Shown here: one piece after another, positions 1 to 9,657 of the stretch
Position numbering within the stretch: the stretch's first letter is position 1
How the letters are laid out: each line of letters opens with the position of its first letter
Source: a virus
Lineage: Duplodnaviria; Caudoviricetes
DNA length: 41,365 nucleotides
Strand: one strand, 5' to 3'
IMG/VR virus record: IMGVR_UViG_3300017908_000157
Coordinates: 1 to 41,365 of that record
Made by a program: the position numbers and the translations under genes
Notes under the pieces: generated by a model
Databases searched by the model: none
Seen by the model: the letters and a program-made list of their open reading frames with translations, nothing else
What the model was told of the DNA's origin: nothing

Positions 1-141
1 CTACGATTATCTTAAATAATCCGCATATCACTTTTTACTCGGCTGCGGTCTTGGTTGTGGTTTCTTGCGCTTACCTGATGGCATAACCATGCCTCCATTG
101 TCATAAAAGTCACTACACCATATCACAATAAAAAGCCCCAA
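1..141. repeat. Terminal direct repeat, copy 1 (identical to 41225-41365); circular-contig overlap
   Basis: Exact 141-bp identity of the two ends; 141 is a common assembler k-mer. Confidence 0.95.
28..90 (-). CDS. 20-aa basic Pro-rich peptide MVMPSGKRKKPQPRPQPSKK (duplicate at 41252-41314)
   Basis: GGAGG RBS just upstream; TGA stop overlaps the GTG of the membrane-protein gene. Confidence 0.55.
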   Translation of the reverse strand: MVMPSGKRKKPQPRPQPSKK

Positions 142-157
142 TAAAGGGGCTTGTTTT
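129..157. terminator. Intrinsic terminator after tailspike gene
   Basis: AAGCCCC-aataaa-GGGGCTT hairpin with an A-run on one side and T-rich flank on the other. Confidence 0.75.
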
Positions 158-2072
158 ATAAAACCGTTCCATCAGCTAGTCTTATGTATCCAGCGTCACG
201 ACCTTGCGCGTTAGCCGTGACCTTCGCAACCCCTGCGTCATACAGGTCTCCAGATATGCGCTGTTGTGCATAGTTAACAGCGGAGTTTTTATTTAGCAAT
301 CTAGCCGCGCCTCGCAATGTGCAGCTTTGGTCTATAAAAATAGAGCTGTCATTGCTTGCATTTGTCTCGTACAAGATAAGGTTAAACTCACCATCCCCAT
401 CAATGACAGAGCCGTTAACAATAGATACAGACTCGGTATTCGATATACTCCATGATGAGCCGCTTGAGCCACCCACTCCGGTTGTGAGTTTGCAGTTATC
501 GATTATTAAACTTCCAACGCAGCTAGAAAAAATGTAGTTAAAGGTTGCTGCAAAGTTTCTTGTGGATTCAGCGCCATTAATGGTTAATTCATTAACACCA
601 CCAGCACGAAGGAATGCGCCGTTGTTATCCCAATTAGCAAGCCCGCACGAAATAATAACCTTACCATAGTTTCGATTGTTGAAGTTGGCGGCGTTTGTTA
701 TGTCGTCATTACCAACAACAGCAAGCAAGCCCCCTGTACCGCATTCAAGATTACCTTTAACAGTGACCGTTATATTGTCATGCTGGTCAACTATATCACC
801 ACTCGCTCTTGTGTCGTTCATTACAATTGCGCGAGTAACAGAAGATGTGTCAAGCACCCCGTCGGCTACGGAGATATTAACCGTCAAGTTTTTCCATACG
901 CTCGCATTACCCGCATTGCCCGCCTCTACATTAGCAGATGCCGCCCCTATGCGCAGAGCATGAGCGTCTTTACTTCCTACCAGTGTACCGTTTACAGATA
1001 CATTTTTAGATGATTGGTTTCTGCCTGCTTCTGCACTCTCTGGTGGAGGGAAAAAGAAAGCTAGAGCATCATCTCCGCCATAAACTACGCCGCCATTAAT
1101 TTGCGCATCTTCCAGGTAACCAAAGTGAATGCCGTCACCAAATAATCCAGCGTCACGAGCATCTATATCTGGCTGGTCTACCTGCACACCTTTGCCCGAC
1201 AAGTATAAAGACCAGCACCCGATTGCGCCTGATTGGTATTCGCTAATGTTTCTGATTTTGGGCTTAATCAGCCGCAAGCCATCAACAAACATTTGCCACA
1301 TATACCCGCGTAAAGTTGTGCTTGTAGACTCATGTGTTAAATAAAAGCCATCCATATAAACGTTAGAGCCATAGTTGGGGAATCCCGCGTTAGTTATTCC
1401 GTTGCCTTGGAAATTCTTCTTGTGAACACAGTCATAGTTGAACACTCCAACAAAGTTATTGGGAATGGTCAATGTGCTATCAAACCTGTAAGAGCCTTTA
1501 GCGCCAACCACTGTTAGGCCGCTATCCCATACCGCCTGTATGATATCTGCATCATCTGTTGCGCCTAATCCGTCAGCGCCCAACTGCTTGTAGTTAATAG
1601 TTTCGCCTGCGAAAACCCACAGCCTACCGCTACCATCAACCAATTCTGCCGCGCCACGGTCTGATGGTTTTTGTGAAGGTGTTAAGCCTGTTGCGCTTGT
1701 TGCTTTCCATTGTGCACCGCCTGCATCGCCTGCAACACTGAATCCAGTTGTGGTTATTACGTCGCCTTCACGAGACTTGCGTATGCGCTCGATTAGCTGT
1801 TCTGTGGTGATTTCTTTATTTCCCACCAACACGCGACGCTGAATACCGCCATTAACTTGTTCGTCGTATTCGCCGGGTGTTACGTAGACAACAACAACGC
1901 CCTCGCTATCGGTCTGCTTTGCCGTGCTACCGTTAGCGCCTGATTCATCATCGAACAACGTTACCGCGTTGCCTTCGGTGTCAAATAACGACACTACTGC
2001 GCCAGCTATCGTGTTTTTCTCGCCTTCGTTTAGCTCGTTTAGAGCAACGACTTTGTGTGGTACTAGTGCCAT
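156..2072 (-). CDS. Tailspike / receptor-binding protein with pectate-lyase-like beta-helix (putative depolymerase)
   Basis: Last tail gene; GADGLGATDDADIIQA, DGIH and GDDALA beta-helix motifs. Confidence 0.8.
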   Translation of the reverse strand: MALVPHKVVALNELNEGEKNTIAGAVVSLFDTEGNAVTLFDDESGANGSTAKQTDSEGVVVVYVTPGEYDEQVNGGIQRRVLVGNKEITTEQLIERIRKSREGDVITTTGFSVAGDAGGAQWKATSATGLTPSQKPSDRGAAELVDGSGRLWVFAGETINYKQLGADGLGATDDADIIQAVWDSGLTVVGAKGSYRFDSTLTIPNNFVGVFNYDCVHKKNFQGNGITNAGFPNYGSNVYMDGFYLTHESTSTTLRGYMWQMFVDGLRLIKPKIRNISEYQSGAIGCWSLYLSGKGVQVDQPDIDARDAGLFGDGIHFGYLEDAQINGGVVYGGDDALAFFFPPPESAEAGRNQSSKNVSVNGTLVGSKDAHALRIGAASANVEAGNAGNASVWKNLTVNISVADGVLDTSSVTRAIVMNDTRASGDIVDQHDNITVTVKGNLECGTGGLLAVVGNDDITNAANFNNRNYGKVIISCGLANWDNNGAFLRAGGVNELTINGAESTRNFAATFNYIFSSCVGSLIIDNCKLTTGVGGSSGSSWSISNTESVSIVNGSVIDGDGEFNLILYETNASNDSSIFIDQSCTLRGAARLLNKNSAVNYAQQRISGDLYDAGVAKVTANAQGRDAGYIRLADGTVL

Positions 2073-4255
2073 TATGAGACCGCCCCGTATATTGTGCCTG
2101 TTTCTTCGTATGTTATCGTAAAACCGTTCAAATCGATAGCTTTACCCGCAGCGCCGCCTGACCTAGTTGTATCTCCAATACCCGTCTGCCCGTTTTGACC
2201 AAGATTGCCGCCATCGCCAGCTTTTGCCGCTCCACTAACACCACCATCGCCGCCAGTGGTAAAAGTGCCGTTTTGCCCGTTTTGCCCGCCAGCAGACGCC
2301 CTTCCTAAACCAACGAAGAAGCCAGCGCCACCGCCACCGCCTGCATTACCATCAACTCCTATATCACCCTCATCAACGAAAGCGCCACCGCCACCGCCGC
2401 CGCCACCGCCAATGATGTTAAGGTTTTTGAGGCGTATGTTTGCCTCTAACTGCAAAGCAGGACCGCCGTTAAAGCCAATTTCGTCAGGTGCGCCACCATC
2501 GCCACCTTTGCCTAATATAAGCCCGTTGTTTTGGATAAGTATCGGTGTAGTCAATTCAGGCCATCCGCCAGTCTTAACGCCGTACTCAAGTGGGTTAGAA
2601 CTGCCAGCAACGCAGTTAGACTCGAAAATAAAGCGAATATCCAATCCAGCGTCAAGCGGGTCAGTTCCGTACACATCCTCGTAAACTTCGCGCAAGCTCC
2701 TGTACTCGCCGCTATCATCTGATTGCAACCTGTCAATTTCACCGCTAAAGTAAATTAGCCTCACATTAGGATCTTCTACATCCTCATCACCTGGAACCGC
2801 TTCGCCGTAAGTGTGCTCTAATGCTGTGTAGTTGAAGTTGTTAGATTCTCCCGCGCTTAACACCTGATAAGGTAAAATTGCGAAGCCTCCACCCGCCTGC
2901 AATATCAAGTCAGACTCCAATCTAATAGAGTCACCCGTCCACACATCAGAGTCTTTAGCATCCATAGATAAAATTATCTCTCTTGGCGCTTCTGCGAATC
3001 TGCGCCCAACTCTAGCGGCCATTAAGACCGCTGCGGTTTTATTGTCGCTAGGAATCCATCTACTGTGTACCGTTTTATATGCGCGTTGACCGTAGTTTGT
3101 TACGCTGCTTGTGTCTTCGCGCACGTATGATGAGCGGTAATTAGATGTTTCGTCTAAATCCTTTGTTGGGTTTATAATGCCGTAGTTAACAATAACCGTG
3201 CTTATACGCAAATCTTGGCGGTCTTTTACCGCCATAGAGCCTTGTATGATATTCGCTTGATACGTGTAAAGTTGCGAGTCAATAGGTGGTGGCTTTAATG
3301 CAACAAGCCTTATCATGTTAACGCGCTCATCATAATAGTAATAATGCGGTGCACTGTCGCAAAACTCTTGGAGTAAGTCTTGCACGCCCGTCGGCTCAGT
3401 TATTAATACACTGTATGTAGTATTAAATGCGTTTGAAACCTCAGCATTCCATTCTGGCAAACTTATAAATGACGGGTCAACACCTGCATAATTAACCATT
3501 AAATCATAACCGATATCGCTCACTGATTGCGTACTGTACTGCAAGCAGAGTTGAGCCGTGTCGTTTTCGCTATGATCGCTTATCTCAGTGCTGTAAAAAC
3601 CCCTAGTTAAGCCGCTAAACGTATCACCTGAGCGCGTGGTGTAAAGTATTACCTCATCGCCTATGCGCACAATGCCGTTGCTTGCTGGGTATTCGTCATC
3701 TCCCACGCCAGCAGGTTGTAGCGTAAAGCTTGTGTCAGTTTCTAGTATATCGGCGCTTAATGAGCCGTTAGACTCAACAGGCGCTTTCGCCCTATCGTTA
3801 CTAAGAAGCTTTAACGGGTCTTTCCCTGTGATTGAAACACCTGCACCAGTTTGGCTAAAGCTCTCAATGATATAATCGCGCTTAATGAAGTTAGATATAT
3901 CAAAGGCATCATTAACAATGTAACCGCTATAAACACTTATTCTTTTACCTAGGTAATACGGGTTTTCTGCTCTCCATCTTGCCCAGAAACGCTGAGGATT
4001 AGAAAGCGAGCCCCATTCTGTAAAATCAACTGATTCAACTAGCGAAATGCTAGCCTTGGCTCTAACCCCGATACCGCCGCTTAAATCAATCTCAGCAGGA
4101 TTCACGCGCACCGATTGCAGCGACGGGTTAGCCTTTAGGTATCTAGGAAGCGGGCTTCTGTTCTCGCAAAATCTATACGTGCCAGAATCAGCTTCTATTT
4201 CAATAAACCAGAAGTGCTCCTTGGTGTACTCCCTCTTGGCGTTATCGTATGCCAC
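2072..4255 (-). CDS. Tail tip / hub protein with Gly-rich C-terminus
   Basis: 727 aa, position downstream of tape measure, VRIGDEVILY motif, GGGGGGG-rich C-terminus. Confidence 0.7.
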   Translation of the reverse strand: MAYDNAKREYTKEHFWFIEIEADSGTYRFCENRSPLPRYLKANPSLQSVRVNPAEIDLSGGIGVRAKASISLVESVDFTEWGSLSNPQRFWARWRAENPYYLGKRISVYSGYIVNDAFDISNFIKRDYIIESFSQTGAGVSITGKDPLKLLSNDRAKAPVESNGSLSADILETDTSFTLQPAGVGDDEYPASNGIVRIGDEVILYTTRSGDTFSGLTRGFYSTEISDHSENDTAQLCLQYSTQSVSDIGYDLMVNYAGVDPSFISLPEWNAEVSNAFNTTYSVLITEPTGVQDLLQEFCDSAPHYYYYDERVNMIRLVALKPPPIDSQLYTYQANIIQGSMAVKDRQDLRISTVIVNYGIINPTKDLDETSNYRSSYVREDTSSVTNYGQRAYKTVHSRWIPSDNKTAAVLMAARVGRRFAEAPREIILSMDAKDSDVWTGDSIRLESDLILQAGGGFAILPYQVLSAGESNNFNYTALEHTYGEAVPGDEDVEDPNVRLIYFSGEIDRLQSDDSGEYRSLREVYEDVYGTDPLDAGLDIRFIFESNCVAGSSNPLEYGVKTGGWPELTTPILIQNNGLILGKGGDGGAPDEIGFNGGPALQLEANIRLKNLNIIGGGGGGGGGAFVDEGDIGVDGNAGGGGGAGFFVGLGRASAGGQNGQNGTFTTGGDGGVSGAAKAGDGGNLGQNGQTGIGDTTRSGGAAGKAIDLNGFTITYEETGTIYGAVS

Positions 4256-5557
4256 TTAAACACCTCTTACTGTAAATGAAAGGCCGCTGCGCTTTGTTCT
4301 CGTGCCGTTTTGCATTGAAGTCGCTATATCACCAGTTGTCTCACCAAAAGCAACGTCTTCGGGGTATTCCAATAAATTCCACGCAATGAAGAATGGGAAT
4401 GTTTTTGCCGCTTCCTTGAATGCAGGAATGTTTTCCCTGTACCATCCATCATCTATATTTTGCCACTCGTATGTAGTTTCGAAACCACGACGACGAATCT
4501 GTCTACCTATTATCTCGCCAGACTCTGTGCGATTACTGTAATACTCTGTAACGTCACTATCAGTATAAGGCTGATGGCCATTAAAGAAAGGTCTTTGCAT
4601 TTGTAACGCTGCACCTGCACTAATATACCCAATCTCAAAATCGCCCGTACCTGATATGGTAATCTTCAATCGCCTAACGTTAACTTTAGATAGTCGATGA
4701 AACATTATAGCCGCGTCAGTTGGCGGATTTTGACCGGGGAAGGTGGCCACAAAATCATCGCCACTATCAGTTGCGCTATGCTCAACGCCAACAACAGCGC
4801 CAAGTGAGCCTATATTGTGTGCACCTATGCAAACTGTATCTAGCAATCTTGCATCTGTTAATGTGAATATAATTTCGCCGCCATTGGTAAACGCCCATGA
4901 TTCCCATGTATTCGGCTTTAACGTGTCAGCGCCACCAAGACCGTTATTAGTGGTTATACCTTGATTTATCCTCAATGTGTTGCGGTACAAGATGCGAGCA
5001 TGATTGAGCGGAAAAGTGCCGCTAGTTGGCGTTGCTGGGTTTGGTGTTAATGCGATAGGTGCAGAAATATCATGCTCAGACTTTGCACCAATAATGCTAG
5101 CATTATCAACAGGTGCGACAGATTCAGCTACTATAATAGATGGATTGTTAATCGTACCAACTGATAAAGCGCTAAACAGCGAGGCATTATCCACAGCCTC
5201 AGCAGTTTGCGCCGATAGAGAAACCGGGTTATTGATGTTTGCAGGATTAAGCGCCACTAACTCGCTAGGAGAATCAATCTCATTGGCTGTTTTTGCTGAC
5301 AAATCACTAGGTGCATTAATATCTGCCTGATTCTTACTAACAATAACAACGGCGTTATCAATGACTGATTCGTTTTCTGCCGATAACTCACTAGGCGCAC
5401 CAATATCAACCGAAGCCTTAGCGGGCAACGTAGAAGCGCCACTAATAAACCCAACATCCTCAGCCGTTAACGGATTGACTCCATCAACTGACTGAGTCGG
5501 GTTAGCTATCGGGCATTTGCGCGTTTTGGCTACGCTAAACTGCGTTGGTATCGCCAT
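4256..5557 (-). CDS. Distal tail / virion protein with N-terminal 14-aa tandem repeats
   Basis: Position after tape measure; about 9 repeats of (I/V)(D/N)x(P/A)xxLxA. Confidence 0.6.
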   Translation of the reverse strand: MAIPTQFSVAKTRKCPIANPTQSVDGVNPLTAEDVGFISGASTLPAKASVDIGAPSELSAENESVIDNAVVIVSKNQADINAPSDLSAKTANEIDSPSELVALNPANINNPVSLSAQTAEAVDNASLFSALSVGTINNPSIIVAESVAPVDNASIIGAKSEHDISAPIALTPNPATPTSGTFPLNHARILYRNTLRINQGITTNNGLGGADTLKPNTWESWAFTNGGEIIFTLTDARLLDTVCIGAHNIGSLGAVVGVEHSATDSGDDFVATFPGQNPPTDAAIMFHRLSKVNVRRLKITISGTGDFEIGYISAGAALQMQRPFFNGHQPYTDSDVTEYYSNRTESGEIIGRQIRRRGFETTYEWQNIDDGWYRENIPAFKEAAKTFPFFIAWNLLEYPEDVAFGETTGDIATSMQNGTRTKRSGLSFTVRGV

Positions 5558-5560
5558 AGG

Positions 5561-5659
5561 TTACTCCGCGCAAGGTGGTTCGATTGGCGATGCTGGCTGT
5601 GGCGTTAATGGCACTGGTGGTGTAGTTGTTACTGGTGCTTCTGGTGTTGGACAAGGCAT
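5561..5659 (-). CDS. 32-aa Pro-rich peptide MPCPTPEAPVTTTPPVPLTPQPASPIEPPCAE
   Basis: GGAGG RBS; fills the gap between tape measure and next gene; below the ORF-track cutoff. Confidence 0.5.
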   Translation of the reverse strand: MPCPTPEAPVTTTPPVPLTPQPASPIEPPCAE

Positions 5660-5660
5660 G

Positions 5661-7469
5661 TTACCCTCCGTTTACTTTAAAGTTGTAGCCATCGCCAAGC
5701 GCCTCATTTAACGCAGGCACTAGCGCTCTAGCCATATCATCCATACTACCATAACCTCCAGTTACGGCAATGCTGATATTGCGTTGCGCCTCTTGGGGGA
5801 CAGATGACTGTCCCGCATTCGATGTCGTATTGACAGCAGGTACGCCGCCGCTAGACGTTAAGGCTGAACTTTTACCGCTTAACACGCTGGCTCCTTGAGC
5901 TAACCCAGTAGCTGCAATCAAAGCCGCATTAGCCGCCCCATAAGCGCCGATGGTAGCCGCCATTGGCGGCCCTGCAATTGGGCCTAATTCAGCCAGCGCT
6001 CTAGTCTGTGCAACAAGCGTGTTTTGCGTATTCTGAGCAAGCGCCAAACCCTTACTAAGAATAATCGATGCAAGCGCCGCCGCTTTAGATTCACCCGCAA
6101 ACATATCCAATAAGCCGATAGCGTTTTGTATTGCTGAGTTTCTAAAGTTGGAAACGGTATCCTGATGCCTTTTCTCAATAGCCGTTCTTTCGGCGGTTGT
6201 TTGCGCCGTCTTGTCTATTAGCCATTGCTGATGCTGAGCAACCCTTTCCTTTTCTAATGCGTCATACTCTTGCTTTGTGACAAGTTGTGCGTCAAGCGCC
6301 TCTCTTAATTGCTCACCCTGAGTTAAAAATGCCTCTGCCCTTAACTGTTGTTCTGACATTAAGTCTTCGCGGATGCGGTCAAGATTAGATCCAATTCCTT
6401 CTTTTTCTTGCTGCTTCTCTTGGTCTTTCTTCTTCTGATTCGCCGCTATCTCATCAAGCAAAGCTTCATAGTTTTTCTGAGCCTGAATTTCATCCTTGAT
6501 TGCCTGCGCCGCCTTCTTGCGAGCCTCAACGACCGCCTCCGCCCTCGCCTCTTCTGCTTCTATTGCGTCAAACGCTGTATTGATAGCTTCAAGTTGAGTT
6601 TCGGTCGCGCCTTTTTCGGTAGCCGCCTTTACTGCCAGTTGCCTATCAGTTTTTCCAATAGCATCAGCCTGAGCCTCAAATGCAGAAACGAGTGCGTTTA
6701 CCTCTTCCGCTTGCTTGTTGGTCTGCTCAATAGAGCCATCAACCATAGAGTTATATAAATCAAGCGCTTCTCTTGATTTCTCGTATTGATTATTAAGGTC
6801 TTTAAGTTTTGCTTCTTCCTCAACAATTGACTGGTTAAGCTCTCTAATATTTTTCCCGATACGGCTTCTAGCCCATTGAGTTTGACCAATCAGAGTCAAC
6901 CTATCCTGTTCGCTTTTAAGGGCTTTCTTGTCGGCTGCAATTTGCTTTTCAGTTGCTTGAATAGTGCCGTATATCTCGTTCTTTTTATTCTTTTCTTCTT
7001 GCGCTAAAAGTTTAGCCTCTTCGGCAGATAGAACCTGTATTTCCGCAAGCTCTCTAAGTTTATCAATGAGGTCTTGAGTTTTATCTTCGGTGTCGAAAAG
7101 AGAAGGAAGGAGAATGCCAGCGAATGCAGCGCCCAAACCAGCCACTGCCCCCACAAGCGGAGCGCCTAGCACTATACCTAAATCAGCAGCCTGTGCAGAT
7201 AGCGCGTTAAATACGTTTTGACCGCCTTGAATCTGCCCAACAAGTTGCTGAATCTGAATGCCAGCAGCGCCTGCGCTCTTGCCCATAGACTGAAAGCTTG
7301 AGCCGCTTTTCTTCATGGCTGCGTTTGCTTTACCTGCGCTTACATCGGTATCTTTAAACGCTTTTTGGAGTTTGGTTAAATCCTCTACCGCTCGTGTTTT
7401 TGCTGTTGCTACGCCGCTGGCATCAACCGTAATATCAAACTCAACACCACCGACTTGCATTGTACTCAT
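5661..7469 (-). CDS. Tail tape measure protein
   Basis: 602 aa Ala-rich helical protein following the tail chaperone; QIQQLVGQIQGG and QAADLG motifs. Confidence 0.9.
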   Translation of the reverse strand: MSTMQVGGVEFDITVDASGVATAKTRAVEDLTKLQKAFKDTDVSAGKANAAMKKSGSSFQSMGKSAGAAGIQIQQLVGQIQGGQNVFNALSAQAADLGIVLGAPLVGAVAGLGAAFAGILLPSLFDTEDKTQDLIDKLRELAEIQVLSAEEAKLLAQEEKNKKNEIYGTIQATEKQIAADKKALKSEQDRLTLIGQTQWARSRIGKNIRELNQSIVEEEAKLKDLNNQYEKSREALDLYNSMVDGSIEQTNKQAEEVNALVSAFEAQADAIGKTDRQLAVKAATEKGATETQLEAINTAFDAIEAEEARAEAVVEARKKAAQAIKDEIQAQKNYEALLDEIAANQKKKDQEKQQEKEGIGSNLDRIREDLMSEQQLRAEAFLTQGEQLREALDAQLVTKQEYDALEKERVAQHQQWLIDKTAQTTAERTAIEKRHQDTVSNFRNSAIQNAIGLLDMFAGESKAAALASIILSKGLALAQNTQNTLVAQTRALAELGPIAGPPMAATIGAYGAANAALIAATGLAQGASVLSGKSSALTSSGGVPAVNTTSNAGQSSVPQEAQRNISIAVTGGYGSMDDMARALVPALNEALGDGYNFKVNGG

Positions 7470-7682
7470 TTAGCTAAACTCCTCGGGGTTTTCGTTTATC
7501 ATATCGGTTAACATTTTGGCTTGGTCTTCACTCATGCCTGCAATCTGTTGACGCGGTCTGCTTGCGTTGTACCACTCGCCAACCTCATCCGGTGACATTG
7601 ACCAGAAATCACCAGGGGATAACCCTAGTTTAATGCACTGAGAATAAAGAGAGCGCCAAGGGAAGGCGCTTATTTCTTTTTT
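7470..7682 (-). CDS. -1 frameshift extension of tail assembly chaperone (gpGT-like)
   Basis: A AAA AAG slippery site at 7682-7676; -1 frame reads EISAFPWRSLYSQCIKLGLSPGDFWSMSP...EEFS to a TAA abutting the tape-measure ATG. Confidence 0.85.
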   Translation of the reverse strand, partial: KKEISAFPWRSLYSQCIKLGLSPGDFWSMSPDEVGEWYNASRPRQQIAGMSEDQAKMLTDMINENPEEFS

Positions 7683-8023
7683 TCAGTCTTGCTCACCCTC
7701 TCGGATGATTCAATTTTAGGTATGAACAACTCAGAAAGCGCTCGACCTTCTTTAATTAGCGCCTTATTCCCATCTTCCATGGGGTTGTTCATTAGCTCGG
7801 CGTACACTTCTTCTTCCGTGATATTGTGACAGCCACCAGCGTAAAGAAGCCATTGCACCATTTCAGCTAGCAATGAGATAGGAGGTACGCCGCCCATACT
7901 CATTCGCGCATTGGTTACAGCAGCATTAAAGCCGTTGCTTTCCATGAGCTTAATAAGCTTCATGTTAACTTCGCAAGTGTACTCTTTCCCTTTCCACTTT
8001 ATTTTAACTGAATCGTTAAACAT
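7670..8023 (-). CDS. Tail assembly chaperone (gpG-like)
   Basis: Between major tail and tape measure genes; likely start ATG 8023 (MFNDSV). Confidence 0.8.
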   Translation of the reverse strand: MFNDSVKIKWKGKEYTCEVNMKLIKLMESNGFNAAVTNARMSMGGVPPISLLAEMVQWLLYAGGCHNITEEEVYAELMNNPMEDGNKALIKEGRALSELFIPKIESSERVSKTEKKK

Positions 8024-8024
8024 A

Positions 8025-8438
8025 TTAAGTAGCCGCCGTAAACGTTGGAGCACCAGACCACGCAATTTCCATTTCGTATGTGCCTAATTCTTCGTGCGGG
8101 TTGCCTTGGCTAAAAGAGGTAATAAATACATCACCTGACAAGGTTGAACCGCCATCAGGCCATGTGATTGTCATTGCGTAAATGTTTTGTCCATTAGCAA
8201 CGTTGGTTTCGATTGTTGCTAATAGTGAAAGGTCTTTAGCTTTACCGCTAATTGACATTGTACGGTCAATGCGTCCAGCCTCTGAATGGTACTCAGCATT
8301 ACCGCCTGATGTATCATCAGTGGTATCTAAGCCTGTAATTGAATATGAAAGGTCTTTAGTGATTACACCCGCAAGAGTGGCCCCTCCAAAGCTCGTGATT
8401 TTAACTGCTCGACCTAACCAGCCGCCGCCTACTGACAT
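8025..8438 (-). CDS. Major tail tube protein
   Basis: LDTTDDTSGG motif, beta-rich 137 aa, position. Confidence 0.85.
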   Translation of the reverse strand: MSVGGGWLGRAVKITSFGGATLAGVITKDLSYSITGLDTTDDTSGGNAEYHSEAGRIDRTMSISGKAKDLSLLATIETNVANGQNIYAMTITWPDGGSTLSGDVFITSFSQGNPHEELGTYEMEIAWSGAPTFTAAT

Positions 8439-8468
8439 AATATTACCCTCGTGTAAAAGTTAATGACT

Positions 8469-8497
8469 ATAATAACCCCGATAAGTCAACTAGTAAA
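8469..8497 (-). promoter_or_regulatory. Sigma70-like promoter for major tail gene
   Basis: TTTACT-N17-TATTAT. Confidence 0.55.
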
Positions 8498-8498
8498 T

Positions 8499-8515
8499 AA
8501 ATGGTCAGAGTTGTT
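8499..8515 (+). promoter_or_regulatory. FadR-like box (AAATGGTCAGAGTTGTT) without a rightward -10
   Basis: 16/17 match to the box at 13618; 1 bp from the leftward -35. Confidence 0.65.
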
Positions 8516-8909
8516 AGCACACATCGACAGAATAACACAGCACTTGGAATGTGTAATACCGTCTGTTTTGCCCTGTCCTGTATTCACCCATAACGTCTTG
8601 CGTCACGGTTATCTGCGTTCCATCGCCAACATAAAAGTTAGCTTTGACATACTCAAGCGCCGCCACTGCATCGTTGAATAAAGCATTCAATTCTTGCTTA
8701 GTTGCGTTTTTACCACTGAATAGCATAACGCTAACCGATACCTGTCTTACAAATGCGTCAACGGGTCGGCCTTCTTGCCTGCAATAGATGATAGGCTCAT
8801 CAATAGTGAATGGCTCAGTTGCTTCATCCCACTCAATCGCCGGATTGTAAGTAGGTAGCGCATTTGTGCGTATAAAGTCGCGTATAACGTCAGCGTGTCT
8901 TATGTTCAT
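8514..8909 (-). CDS. Tail terminator / completion protein
   Basis: Size and position immediately before major tail gene. Confidence 0.65.
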   Translation of the reverse strand: MNIRHADVIRDFIRTNALPTYNPAIEWDEATEPFTIDEPIIYCRQEGRPVDAFVRQVSVSVMLFSGKNATKQELNALFNDAVAALEYVKANFYVGDGTQITVTQDVMGEYRTGQNRRYYTFQVLCYSVDVC

Positions 8910-9316
8910 TATTTAGGCTCTATCATGTTTGCAAAAAGCCGCACAGCTTGCTCACCCTCTTCTTGCCATGCAATATTCATCCAGTTTGGTTTTGCGTCAG
9001 CGTTGTAGCCGCCACCTTTTTTACCTAGTGAATTAGGCGGTCTAGGGCTCCAATCTGTGCGCTCATGCAAAGCCGCAGCGTAATCGGTGTAATAGCCATA
9101 TGTTAAGCGCCAACCGTTGCCATTATCTCTAATACGATAACTCCTAGACTGCCTAAGCGCGCTCGTATCTATTGGTGTATATTCGTCAGCATGGCTCGCC
9201 AAGTGCGTATACATGGTAAATAACCCACGCTCTACGTCTTTAGGTAAATCCTCAGTTAGCGCCTTGTTTATCTTACGCGCTACGTCAGAAGGTGATTTTC
9301 CGGCTTTGAATGGCAT
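8909..9316 (-). CDS. Neck / HK97-gp10-like protein
   Basis: TPIDTSALRQS and YAAALHE motifs. Confidence 0.75.
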   Translation of the reverse strand: MPFKAGKSPSDVARKINKALTEDLPKDVERGLFTMYTHLASHADEYTPIDTSALRQSRSYRIRDNGNGWRLTYGYYTDYAAALHERTDWSPRPPNSLGKKGGGYNADAKPNWMNIAWQEEGEQAVRLFANMIEPK

Positions 9317-9318
9317 CG

Positions 9319-9657
9319 TTAACCCGTAAACGATTCATATTCTGTTATCTGACCGCGAATACCTGTGCCAAAACCAGTCTTACGCACCTTCTCCGCATTG
9401 CTTGGTGGCGTTGCATCCATAGAAGTACCGAAAACCACATAAGCATCAAACGGTATTTGCACAACGCTGTAAATGGACGTTGAAGGCTGAAACTCTACAC
9501 CCTCAGCATCACGCTGCATTGATCCGCCCGTCATGTATTCGCATGATATGGTTTGCGGCGCTGAGTATGATTGATTCGCGTATGGGTCGTTAGGGTCGTA
9601 ACCGCTTTCAGTCCAAAACGTTACCTTGTCAATCATGTGGCGGGTTGCTAGGCTCAT
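9319..9657 (-). CDS. Head closure (stopper) protein
   Basis: DPY...YSAP motif, position. Confidence 0.65.
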   Translation of the reverse strand: MSLATRHMIDKVTFWTESGYDPNDPYANQSYSAPQTISCEYMTGGSMQRDAEGVEFQPSTSIYSVVQIPFDAYVVFGTSMDATPPSNAEKVRKTGFGTGIRGQITEYESFTG

